From NCBI GenBank assembly GCA_903945195.1, contig CAJAUT010000019.1:1-63845 (forward strand): 63,845 nucleotides of DNA, written 5' to 3'. The notes beneath the pieces are model-generated. The model was not told where the DNA came from, searched no databases, and was given only the letters and a program-made list of their open reading frames with translations. This document shows, in pieces, positions 51,420 through 59,547 of the stretch (position 1 is its first letter; each line of letters opens with the position of its first letter). This DNA is from an uncultured bacterium (GTDB lineage Bacteria; Patescibacteriota; Microgenomatia; UBA1400; UBA12108). The position numbers and the translations under genes were made by a program.

Positions 51420-51968
51420 ATGCAACCCATCCTTTCAGTCCCACACGAAATCTTGCGCAAAAAATGCCTCACGATAAATCGCATCACACCAGATGTGCAA
51501 CAACAAATCGACGACCTCAAGCAAGCCATGATAGACGCCCACAATCCAGAGGGAGTCGGCCTCAGTTTCCCTCAGATCGGCTACTCCATCCGTGGTTTCG
51601 TCACTTACCTCGACAAAAAAATGAAAGTCTACCTAAATCCTCTCATCCTCGATATGAGTGAAGAAAAGACTCTAGGCGGCACCAAAGATCGCCCCACCCT
51701 CGAGGGCTGTCTCTCTATCCCCTGGCTCTACGGCCCCGTCTGGCGACCAAAAAAGATCAAAATCCAAGCCATAGACGAGCACGGAGTCGAATTTGTAAAG
51801 ACTCTCTCTAGCTTCCCCGCCCGCCTAGCCATGCACGAGTACGACCACCTAGAGGGAGTACTATTTACTGACTATACCCTCAAAGACAATCTACCGCTCT
51901 ATCTCCTCAACCAAGAACAAGACAAATTTGTGCAAATCGAAGATCCAAGCTCAGTCATTAAGTGGTAA
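51420..51968 (+). CDS. def: peptide deformylase
   Basis: The three PDF motifs: GVGLSFPQIG, EGCLSIP and HEYDHLEG. Confidence 0.92.
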   Translation: MQPILSVPHEILRKKCLTINRITPDVQQQIDDLKQAMIDAHNPEGVGLSFPQIGYSIRGFVTYLDKKMKVYLNPLILDMSEEKTLGGTKDRPTLEGCLSIPWLYGPVWRPKKIKIQAIDEHGVEFVKTLSSFPARLAMHEYDHLEGVLFTDYTLKDNLPLYLLNQEQDKFVQIEDPSSVIKW

Positions 51969-52562
51969 CAATTCTTTACCTACGATCGCTGGACACGCTA
52001 GCTCACCCCTATAATATATATACGTAGTATCTTCAAGATCTTTGTCTTTTACTGCTCTAACTGTTCCGTCACCTTCAATAAACAATGTATGGTTTGGATC
52101 TGATCTTCCAGTCAGTTGTCTTATATCAAAAACAGTGTCAAAGGGTGGAAGTAATGCATCATATTGATTATCCTCATTCACGCTATTATTAATCATTCCA
52201 CAATGTACCAATGCTCCACCAACCCGTACGTACATAGTACCATCCGCCAAGACTTCTTGTACTTGTATCCCTCTCACCAACATTCCTTGAATAGCTATAC
52301 TATTTGTAAAAACTTCCTCTGGAGAGATAAATCCAGAATTTATAGCTGTAGATTCAATTAAACTTGGATCAAATCCCTGACTTTGTGCCCGATCTCCACC
52401 CGCCACGTCCATTGCAGGTTTATTTAGTACTTCAGCTTGACCTCTCAAAGCAATCATCGCTCCTACCGCCAAAGTACCAATGACAGGCACTGCCCACCAC
52501 AAATTTCCTAACAATATATCAGACCCATTCGTTTTAGGCGCTTCCTGCTTACCCATAACCAC
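51951..52562 (-). CDS. membrane-anchored hypothetical protein
   Basis: 203 aa with an N-terminal TM helix (WWAVPVIGTLAVGAMIAL). Its 3' end overlaps the def 3' end by 18 nt (convergent). Confidence 0.5.
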   Translation of the reverse strand: MVMGKQEAPKTNGSDILLGNLWWAVPVIGTLAVGAMIALRGQAEVLNKPAMDVAGGDRAQSQGFDPSLIESTAINSGFISPEEVFTNSIAIQGMLVRGIQVQEVLADGTMYVRVGGALVHCGMINNSVNEDNQYDALLPPFDTVFDIRQLTGRSDPNHTLFIEGDGTVRAVKDKDLEDTTYIYYRGELACPAIVGKELLPLND

Positions 52563-52595
52563 GAATTTTAGTACACAGCAGATAAGTATGCAACC

Positions 52596-52624
52596 TTGAC
52601 ATTATATACACCCTATAGTACAAT
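52596..52624 (+). promoter_or_regulatory. canonical sigma70 promoter TTGACA-17-TACAAT
   Basis: TTGACA at 52596-52601, an exact 17-nt spacer and TACAAT at 52619-52624. Implies a TSS near 52631, inside the track ORF. Confidence 0.5.
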
Positions 52625-52640
52625 GACCAGACAAAAACTT

Positions 52641-53603
52641 ATGATAAAAATTGAAGACAGAAATTTTCTTTCAGCAGGTAAATTTGGCAATGACCTATTA
52701 ATCACTGGATCTCTCGCAGTCGAAAAACCAATAATTGCACCCTTCATCGCCTCCGGCTTAAATGCTCGTCTTCTAGATGCTAAAGACGCATTAGCTTCAG
52801 GTTCTATGGAGAGTGTATACCACAGTATTGGACAACATGCTCAAGAAACCAAGCTACTAGAACACATAAACGCAGACTTGCTCGCAGGATTTTTAGAACA
52901 TCCACTCGCTACTACTTTTAGCGCAATCGCTGTCGGGATGCAGATGGTTGAACAACACGGCATAGATCATCAAGAGGGAGAAAGTAAACTAAAATCAATA
53001 TTTGATAATGGGTTAGTATATCCAATTCGCGCACTTTTAGCAGTATACGGCATTCAATTATTTAGCTCATATATCAATGCAATGATGGCAACCAAAGAAT
53101 TTATTACACCAGATGCTGGAGATCTAACGATACTGACTCTCGCATCATTAAGTGTATTAAAATCTGGTTTAGCAATTTCAAAATATGCAAGAGAAGCCAA
53201 ATATAAAAAATCTGTAGATAGGGCTGCTGAAGCAAAAGCTAAAATATCAAAAAGTCAAGAAAAATTAACACAAATCTTAGAAAAAAGATCTATACCTGAA
53301 AGTCGCAAAGGAAGAAGATTAGAATATAGGGATCAACAAAATGATCAACGTGGTATCCATGCAAACATTCAGAACGAACATGGAAAAGAGATGTATGATC
53401 ATTTTGATTCACAAATAGACATGACTTTCCCAACAGAACCAGATCCAATACCTAATCCTCGCCTCGAAAGAGTAAAGCTAGCATCAAGAGATGAATTATC
53501 ATTTCCAAAATCAGTAAAAAACGCTATATCCAAAGTACCAAGATCTGAAAGATATAGATCTAGATTAGAAAGATTTTATAAAACTCATTTTAAGAGAAAA
53601 TAA
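52641..53603 (+). CDS. hypothetical protein (hydrophobic core, K/R/E-rich tail)
   Basis: The track ORF starts at TTG 52596. If the promoter is real, the first usable ATG is 52641 (MIKIEDRN). ATG 52623 is an alternative. Confidence 0.5.
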   Translation: MIKIEDRNFLSAGKFGNDLLITGSLAVEKPIIAPFIASGLNARLLDAKDALASGSMESVYHSIGQHAQETKLLEHINADLLAGFLEHPLATTFSAIAVGMQMVEQHGIDHQEGESKLKSIFDNGLVYPIRALLAVYGIQLFSSYINAMMATKEFITPDAGDLTILTLASLSVLKSGLAISKYAREAKYKKSVDRAAEAKAKISKSQEKLTQILEKRSIPESRKGRRLEYRDQQNDQRGIHANIQNEHGKEMYDHFDSQIDMTFPTEPDPIPNPRLERVKLASRDELSFPKSVKNAISKVPRSERYRSRLERFYKTHFKRK

Positions 53604-53608
53604 CTATC

Positions 53609-53998
53609 ATGACTCCAGACATACTTACCAAATCGCTAGAGCTGGCAGCCTATACCCTACACAATACGTCAGTAGGTGAATCTTTACATGCTTTTTCCGC
53701 AGACGATTCGGAAATGAATATTGGTGCAAAATTTAGCATTGGTTTTGCTTTAGCCACATTCGCATTTATTTACATAGCATCCAGAATGCTGAAAAGAGAT
53801 ATTGAAAATTTCTCAAGACCAAAAGGTGAAGAATCTAAGAGTCCTGCTAGTTTAGAGCAAAAACCAGTACGTGAATTCATTAAAGTATTACCATCTACTG
53901 GACAGGCAACATCAAGACCGACTAGATTTTTTCCTAATGGAAAATCAGCAATGACTGAAAAAGCACCTAGGGAAGATGAGCCATTTTACGAAAAATAA
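53609..53998 (+). CDS. hypothetical single-TM protein
   Basis: 129 aa with one TM helix (FSIGFALATFAFIYIA). 5 nt after the preceding gene. Confidence 0.45.
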   Translation: MTPDILTKSLELAAYTLHNTSVGESLHAFSADDSEMNIGAKFSIGFALATFAFIYIASRMLKRDIENFSRPKGEESKSPASLEQKPVREFIKVLPSTGQATSRPTRFFPNGKSAMTEKAPREDEPFYEK

Positions 53999-54023
53999 TT
54001 CTTTTCCATAGTACAATTACCTC

Positions 54024-54962
54024 ATGAACCTCATCTTTTTTGGCGCAGACCAATATTCTGCAGTAGCTCTCCAAACTATCCTTGCCGCTAGCCTTCCGGG
54101 AGACTCCCGGCAGGTTCAGGTAGTCACCGACAAACACGAAGGTGGCTCACCTGTCGAAAAACTCGCCAAGGAACACAACCTAAATGTCTCCTACTACCCC
54201 ACCCTCCCAGATCTATCTGGTGCCATCGGCCTCTGCGCCTCATTTGACCACTTGATCCCTCAAGACATCATCGCCCAATTTGCAGGCAATCTATACAATC
54301 TCCACCCATCCCTTTTGCCACAGTACAGAAATGTCTCCCCTGTTCAGTACGCGATCGCCCTAGGCGACAAGGAAACTGGTATCACCCTCTTTCGCATCTC
54401 CCCAGGTATAGATGACGGAGAGATTATCGCCCAGTCCTCAGAGCCCATCCTAGAGTCAGATACGACCGCCACCCTTACCCCTCGACTATTTAAAAAAGGT
54501 GCCGAATTGTTCCTAAGTTACGATCCTTGTAAACCAAGCAATATTTACAAGGATCGTAACTTTGCAATCCCAGCCGAATCCCTCATCTTTACCCGCCGTC
54601 TCACCCGCGATTCTGGCTTTATCGACTGGGTAGTACTAGAAAAGCTCCTCACAGGCAAAAAAATCGAAGCCACAGAAACCAATAATGGATTACTCAACTT
54701 GCGCATCACCCACAATCCTGATGGCAATATTCTAAAAGATCTCCTGCGCGCCCTCACCCCCTGGCCTGGTATCTGGAGCCTCGTACCTACCAAGAAGGGC
54801 GAGTTGCGAATTGCTCTTGTGATTAAAGGGTCTGACCTTACAGGAAGTGCCCAACCCGCAGATTCAAAGGCGGGAAGGTCAGACCCTGAAGGTATTCAAA
54901 TCCTCATCTCAGGAAAACACAAAGCTATATCTCTTAAAGATTTCACAAAATATTATTTATGA
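54024..54962 (+). CDS. fmt: methionyl-tRNA formyltransferase (carrying an in-frame repeat insertion)
   Basis: The HPSLLPQYRN motif, an N-terminal formyltransferase fold and a C-terminal domain interrupted by the R4 repeat. Confidence 0.9.
   Translation: MNLIFFGADQYSAVALQTILAASLPGDSRQVQVVTDKHEGGSPVEKLAKEHNLNVSYYPTLPDLSGAIGLCASFDHLIPQDIIAQFAGNLYNLHPSLLPQYRNVSPVQYAIALGDKETGITLFRISPGIDDGEIIAQSSEPILESDTTATLTPRLFKKGAELFLSYDPCKPSNIYKDRNFAIPAESLIFTRRLTRDSGFIDWVVLEKLLTGKKIEATETNNGLLNLRITHNPDGNILKDLLRALTPWPGIWSLVPTKKGELRIALVIKGSDLTGSAQPADSKAGRSDPEGIQILISGKHKAISLKDFTKYYL
54826..54901. repeat. GGTCAGACC-core palindromic repeat, locus R4, in frame within fmt
   Basis: GGTCTGACC (54829-54837) ... CCCGC/GCGGG inner hairpin ... 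GGTCAGACC (54877-54885), plus a CTGAAGGTATTCAAAT tail as at R1. Translated as KGSDLTGSAQPADSKAGRSDPEG. Confidence 0.7.
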
Positions 54963-54974
54963 TAACATTTATTT

Positions 54975-55187
54975 ATGTCACTGAAAGTAAGGCTTTCAAA
55001 AACAAATCTTAGCCAACTCTCAAATTACCTAAATAATCTAGCTGCAGCTTGGTTTATAGCCGGCATAATCACTCCAATTTTTATTCTCGACAAATTTACA
55101 ATCCTCATATTTTTCCGTGCTATACTCGGCATTATCATGTCCGTTGTTTTTTTATACGCTTCTTTTAGATACAATAAATCTAGATAA
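54975..55187 (+). CDS. small two-TM membrane protein
   Basis: 70-aa ORF with two hydrophobic helices. Confidence 0.4.
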   Translation: MSLKVRLSKTNLSQLSNYLNNLAAAWFIAGIITPIFILDKFTILIFFRAILGIIMSVVFLYASFRYNKSR

Positions 55188-55194
55188 AAATACT

Positions 55195-55284
55195 ATGATA
55201 AATATTGAAAACGGTTATTACATTGCAATCATTATTAGTGCAATTTTCTTGGCAGTAATACTACTTATTGTTGAAAAGAAATAA
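55195..55284 (+). CDS. 29-aa single-TM mini-ORF
   Basis: MINIENGYYIAIIISAIFLAVILLIVEKK. Below the ORF-track cutoff. No clear SD. Confidence 0.25.
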   Translation: MINIENGYYIAIIISAIFLAVILLIVEKK

Positions 55285-55285
55285 T

Positions 55286-55378
55286 ATGACAGAAACTCAA
55301 ATCTTAGCCATTTTAGCCACCTTAGCAGTAATTTTTATCTTGTTAGTATCCATCAAAATTTCTCAAAAAAAACTCTAA
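55286..55378 (+). CDS. 30-aa single-TM mini-ORF
   Basis: MTETQILAILATLAVIFILLVSIKISQKKL. Starts 1 nt after the previous stop. Confidence 0.25.
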   Translation: MTETQILAILATLAVIFILLVSIKISQKKL

Positions 55379-55380
55379 TC

Positions 55381-57522
55381 TTACCGTCCCCACCTCTCCC
55401 TACTCACCCTTATCACTTTATCCCTATTTTCATTGCGGCTAGCAGGCAGTGGCAACGTCCGCCCTACAAACGCTCGCCCTGACATGGCGTCCACCATCAG
55501 TCGCACCGCGATCTGGTAGTTCTCTAGATTTACCAGGTCTTTGTCGGTAAATACGTCCCCAAATTCCTTCATGATAATCCGCGCATCATCCGCCCCTATG
55601 GTGAATGAGATGATCGACCCTGCATTTCCCAGGATTGCCTTTTGCACCTCGATCGGGATCTGCGCCATATATTGGTTGGCGAGTGTCAGATTTAGTTTGT
55701 ACTTACGAGCCTCAGACAAGATTTTAATAAATGATTCTGTAGCAAAGTTTTGGAACTCATCGACGTATAGATAAAAGTCCTTGCGATCTGCCTCGCTTCT
55801 ATCTACCCTATTCATGGCAGCCAGCTGGAACTTGGTGATCAGCATCGCACCAATCAGGGCTGCATTGTCCTCTCCCATCTTCCCCTGCGACAGATTGGCT
55901 ATCAAGATCTTGCCGCTATTCATGATCTCTTCTATATCTATCGAGCTTTGTGGTCGCTCGATAATGGCGCGGATCAGGGGTGAAGAGATAAATTGTCCAA
56001 CCTTATTTAAAATGGGCGAGATCGATTCTTGGAGCATTTTCTCTGGCATCTTGTCAAACTCATTTTCAAAATATCGCTTTATCACTGGGTCTTTAATCTT
56101 CGTCATCACATCACGTCGGAAATCCCTGTCTGTCAAAAGTCTTGGCACCTCAACAAGCGTCATCCCAGGTACTTCAGATAGTGCTAGTAGTGTGTTGCGC
56201 AGTATGTACTCAAGGCGTGGACCCCAGGAATGACCATACAGTTTATTAAAAATGGCCACAATCCCAGATACAATTAGCTCGCGTTGGATCGGATCCTTTA
56301 CCTCGAGTATATTTAGTCTCACCGGTCTATCGCGGTCCACTGGATTAAAGTACACTACATCGTTCATGCGCGAAGCAGGGACATAATTTAAAATAATATC
56401 TGACAAATCGCCGTGGGGATCTATGATCGCCATCCCTCGCCCCTTTTTCATATCATCTATCGCCATATTGGCGATCAGGGTCGATTTACCCGTCCCAGTC
56501 TTACCGATCGCCCAGAGGTGGCGACGTCTATCTTCATCTTTGATGCCAAAGATTAGGTCACGATTTTTAAAGACTGCTCGCCCAAAAAAGTTTATCTTTT
56601 GTCTTTCTTCCTCATCCCTACCCTCTGCAATTGGCAGATTTTCTGGCGGCTCACTAAACACATTTTGCCCCCACAGGATCATCGGGATCTTCACCTTGTC
56701 AGATGGCAAATGCCAGATAGTGGCTAGCTCAGTGATGGATAGGACTCTCTTGTCCACTGGTTTACGCTCTATCATCTTGCGCCTGGCAGACTCCATAAAC
56801 AAAGGCTTGTTCACGTGCCAGCTATTGCCGTCTGGTCTCGCAAACACGCCAAAGACAGCCGAGAGCTCTCCTAGTCTTGCAGGATTGGTTACAGCTATAC
56901 GGGCAGTGATCGCAAATCCCGCTTGGCCTATCTTTTCTTCTATCCCTCTGGCATTTGGCAATGTCCCACGCTTCTCTTGGTAGCCATTTTGGGTCTTGGT
57001 AGCACCCATGGACCGACCATTGTCTAGCGCGCTTCGTCCTGCGCCCTGCCAGTTACCTGGGGCAGAGGAGATAACAAATGACATATACATCACCTCACCC
57101 ACCTCAGCCTTTGACATGACAGACAAATAAGAATTGATAGGGTCTGTATCACGGAAATCTGCCCAGGTTTTAAAAGGATAAAAACTAGCCAGATTTAGCC
57201 TCAACTCCCCAATAGTAAGTTTGGAAATGACACTTTGGATCGGATCTTCGACAGGCACGATGACCGCCAAAGGATAAGTGGACTGTATCTGGGAGATCAC
57301 AAACTGCGTCAGATGTGAGGTGCAAGTGACCAGGAACCGGATCTTTTGCTCCCACACAGCCACCTCAAGGGCCACGACAGGCTTCTCCTCGCCTTTGATC
57401 AGGATATCAAACAGAGATTTGTGCAAGATCGAGGGAAAGGTCGAAAGAAATGTAGAGGCAGACTCGGCGGTCACCTCTGTCTCACGAGGAATAGTCACAA
57501 GAAGAGTTGTTAGTTTGGGCAT
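55381..57522 (-). CDS. VirD4/TraD-like (FtsK-HerA superfamily) coupling-type ATPase with novel N-terminal domain
   Basis: Walker A GKTGTGKST and Walker B LYVDEFQNF, with a TLANQYMAQ block. The roughly 320 N-terminal residues have no TM helices and are unrecognised. Confidence 0.75.
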   Translation of the reverse strand: MPKLTTLLVTIPRETEVTAESASTFLSTFPSILHKSLFDILIKGEEKPVVALEVAVWEQKIRFLVTCTSHLTQFVISQIQSTYPLAVIVPVEDPIQSVISKLTIGELRLNLASFYPFKTWADFRDTDPINSYLSVMSKAEVGEVMYMSFVISSAPGNWQGAGRSALDNGRSMGATKTQNGYQEKRGTLPNARGIEEKIGQAGFAITARIAVTNPARLGELSAVFGVFARPDGNSWHVNKPLFMESARRKMIERKPVDKRVLSITELATIWHLPSDKVKIPMILWGQNVFSEPPENLPIAEGRDEEERQKINFFGRAVFKNRDLIFGIKDEDRRRHLWAIGKTGTGKSTLIANMAIDDMKKGRGMAIIDPHGDLSDIILNYVPASRMNDVVYFNPVDRDRPVRLNILEVKDPIQRELIVSGIVAIFNKLYGHSWGPRLEYILRNTLLALSEVPGMTLVEVPRLLTDRDFRRDVMTKIKDPVIKRYFENEFDKMPEKMLQESISPILNKVGQFISSPLIRAIIERPQSSIDIEEIMNSGKILIANLSQGKMGEDNAALIGAMLITKFQLAAMNRVDRSEADRKDFYLYVDEFQNFATESFIKILSEARKYKLNLTLANQYMAQIPIEVQKAILGNAGSIISFTIGADDARIIMKEFGDVFTDKDLVNLENYQIAVRLMVDAMSGRAFVGRTLPLPASRNENRDKVIRVSRERWGR

Positions 57523-57546
57523 GACACTAGTATAGCGGAAAAACGT

Positions 57547-57693
57547 TTATTTATTCAAAAACTGCGCAGCCATCGCGAACCCACCACACAACAGTAACGA
57601 TGCGATCGTGGCAACCACGACATTTCTCATTTTCTCGCGTTCTAGTTGACCAAATCCTGTTTGAAAATCTTTCTTTTGAAGTTGTTCTTTCAT
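57547..57693 (-). CDS. small tail-anchored membrane protein (48 aa)
   Basis: The start is set at ATG 57693 (MKEQLQKK) to avoid a 38-nt overlap with rpmB. C-terminal TM helix VVATIASLLLCGGFAMAA. Confidence 0.35.
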   Translation of the reverse strand: MKEQLQKKDFQTGFGQLEREKMRNVVVATIASLLLCGGFAMAAQFLNK

Positions 57694-57703
57694 GATGATA
57701 TTT

Positions 57704-57907
57704 TTAAGCAGCCACTGCTGGCTTTGAAGCAGATTTGACACTGCGTAGACATTTGGTGCAGAGTCTCAGACGTAGTTTGGACTCTCCCATCTGCATCTTG
57801 TGTGAGTGGAGATTTGGTTTGCGGATCCTCTGGGTGCGGTTTTTGGCGTGGGACACGTTGTGCCCTACGTTTCTTTTTTTACCACATAAATCACATGCGT
57901 TTGCCAT
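57704..57907 (-). CDS. rpmB: 50S ribosomal protein L28
   Basis: CDLCGKKRNVGHNVSHAKNRTQRIRKPNL is the bL28 signature. Confidence 0.9.
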   Translation of the reverse strand: MANACDLCGKKRNVGHNVSHAKNRTQRIRKPNLHSHKMQMGESKLRLRLCTKCLRSVKSASKPAVAA

Positions 57908-57927
57908 AGGTCGTTATTTTAGCACGA

Positions 57928-58167
57928 TTATTTCTTTTTCGCACTAGTATAAGAGTGAGATAAAACAGTTCTATAGCCTCCTACTGCCCCTGAGTCTGGA
58001 TCATAAAGAGTACTATTATTTGCTTTAATAAAAATATGTTCAAAGTTGATTAACCCATGATCAACAAAAAAACAGATAACATGAAACAAATGATTCGCAA
58101 ATTCCAGATCTTTCTTAGAATCAGCATATACTTCCAAGTCTAAACCTAACCTATCAACTTTGATCAT
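57928..58167 (-). CDS. hypothetical protein
   Basis: 79-aa ORF. No motif recognised. Confidence 0.35.
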   Translation of the reverse strand: MIKVDRLGLDLEVYADSKKDLEFANHLFHVICFFVDHGLINFEHIFIKANNSTLYDPDSGAVGGYRTVLSHSYTSAKKK

Positions 58168-58176
58168 ACTACCTTG

Positions 58177-58785
58177 TTAGTGACTGCTTACAGATCCACG
58201 ACTTCTAAATAGAAGCGAGGCGCCGATGGCTAGTCCCACGATAACGAGTATTACAACAAGTAGTGAAGATACGATCTTTCCTATCACAGCTCCAGCAGTA
58301 CCTGTGGTTGCAGCTACAGTTGTAGCGGCAGTAGAGGTAGTAGTAGCTTTGGTGGTAGTTGCAGTAGTTGTGGTGACAGGTACGGCAGTAGATTTACTTT
58401 TGTCAAAACTAAAAGCAGCCACAGATCCAGAGACAATTTGTTTGTCACCCATCTTGCGTACCAAGCCATCTTTTTCAGCAGTGATATACATAGCGTCAAA
58501 TTCATCAGAGATATTTCCGGAAAAATATCCTCTATCTACTTCGGCAATTCTAGTGACTTCACCACGAGTAGAGGTCTTGCCCCAAAGGACATATTTGTTA
58601 TAAAGAGTTTCGTAAGGATAAACGAGGCCATCACAGCGTCCACTGACTCTGTATGTACCATCTTGGTAGATAGATACACCTTTACAAGATACGTTGCCAC
58701 CTGTTAAATCAATAGATCCTTCATGTGCTGAAGCTGTAGAAGCAAATATAAAAGACAAAGCTACAAGAGCCAATAGTTTTTTCAT
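58177..58785 (-). CDS. secreted Thr-rich protein, second candidate sortase substrate (AATTG signal)
   Basis: Signal peptide MKKLLALVALSFIFASTASA. The C-terminus has a poly-Thr tract, AATTG, a hydrophobic helix and an RSRGSVSSH basic tail. Confidence 0.55.
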   Translation of the reverse strand: MKKLLALVALSFIFASTASAHEGSIDLTGGNVSCKGVSIYQDGTYRVSGRCDGLVYPYETLYNKYVLWGKTSTRGEVTRIAEVDRGYFSGNISDEFDAMYITAEKDGLVRKMGDKQIVSGSVAAFSFDKSKSTAVPVTTTTATTTKATTTSTAATTVAATTGTAGAVIGKIVSSLLVVILVIVGLAIGASLLFRSRGSVSSH

Positions 58786-58874
58786 ATGGCCCATAGTGTA
58801 CCATATTTCCCTCCAAAGTCAATGGCGATGCCCTCTCGAAGCCGGAGGCGTAGTGGGGTATACTGACACAACCT

Positions 58875-59462
58875 ATGGATTTTATAATCAAAGCCATCGT
58901 CTTTATTGTAGCCCTGACTATCCATGAGTTTGCCCATGCTTATGCTGCCGACAAACTAGGTGATCCCACTCCTCGTAGCTACGGCCGACTCACCCTAAAT
59001 CCTCTGGCTCACCTAGATCTCCTAGGGACATTAGCCATCATCTTTATTGGCTTTGGCTGGGCCAAACCAGTCCCCTTTGACGCCTACAACTTGAGGAATC
59101 CTAGGCGCGATTCCATGCTTATCGCTCTAGCAGGGCCAGCATCAAACCTGATACTTGCAGTCATAATTAGTATCTTACTCAACTTTATCCCCTCCTCATT
59201 TATTACTCTAATCTTGCAGTACGTACTCCTAGGCAATGTCAGTATCGCCATCTTTAACCTGATCCCTGTCTTCCCTCTAGACGGTGAAAAGATCCTCGGC
59301 GGCCTCCTACCTCCAGATCTATATAGGGAATATGCAAATATCATGGCTCAGTATGGCACCATCATCCTTATCCTCATGTTGCTACCTATAGCTGGTGGCA
59401 CCTCCCCCATTGCCGCCCTCATCTCTCCAATCATTTCCTTTGTAGCACAGCTATTGCTATAA
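58875..59462 (+). CDS. site-2 protease family (M50B-like) membrane metalloprotease
   Basis: HEFAHAY zinc motif and NLIPVFPLDGEK motif. Multi-TM, no PDZ domain. Confidence 0.85.
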   Translation: MDFIIKAIVFIVALTIHEFAHAYAADKLGDPTPRSYGRLTLNPLAHLDLLGTLAIIFIGFGWAKPVPFDAYNLRNPRRDSMLIALAGPASNLILAVIISILLNFIPSSFITLILQYVLLGNVSIAIFNLIPVFPLDGEKILGGLLPPDLYREYANIMAQYGTIILILMLLPIAGGTSPIAALISPIISFVAQLLL

Positions 59463-59476
59463 TCACCTCTGTTCTT

Positions 59477-59547
59477 AGGCCTGTCGTTCAGCGGTAGGAC
59501 TCTTCTCTCCAAAAGAAGTAACGAAGGTTCGATCCCTTCCGGGCCTG
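59477..59547 (+). tRNA. trnW: tRNA-Trp (anticodon CCA), no encoded CCA end
   Basis: Folded by hand: acceptor AGGCCTG/CGGGCCT, D arm GTTC-AGCGGTA-GGAC, anticodon arm CTTCT-CTCCAAA-AGAAG, T arm GAAGG-TTCGATC-CCTTC, discriminator G. Confidence 0.85.
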
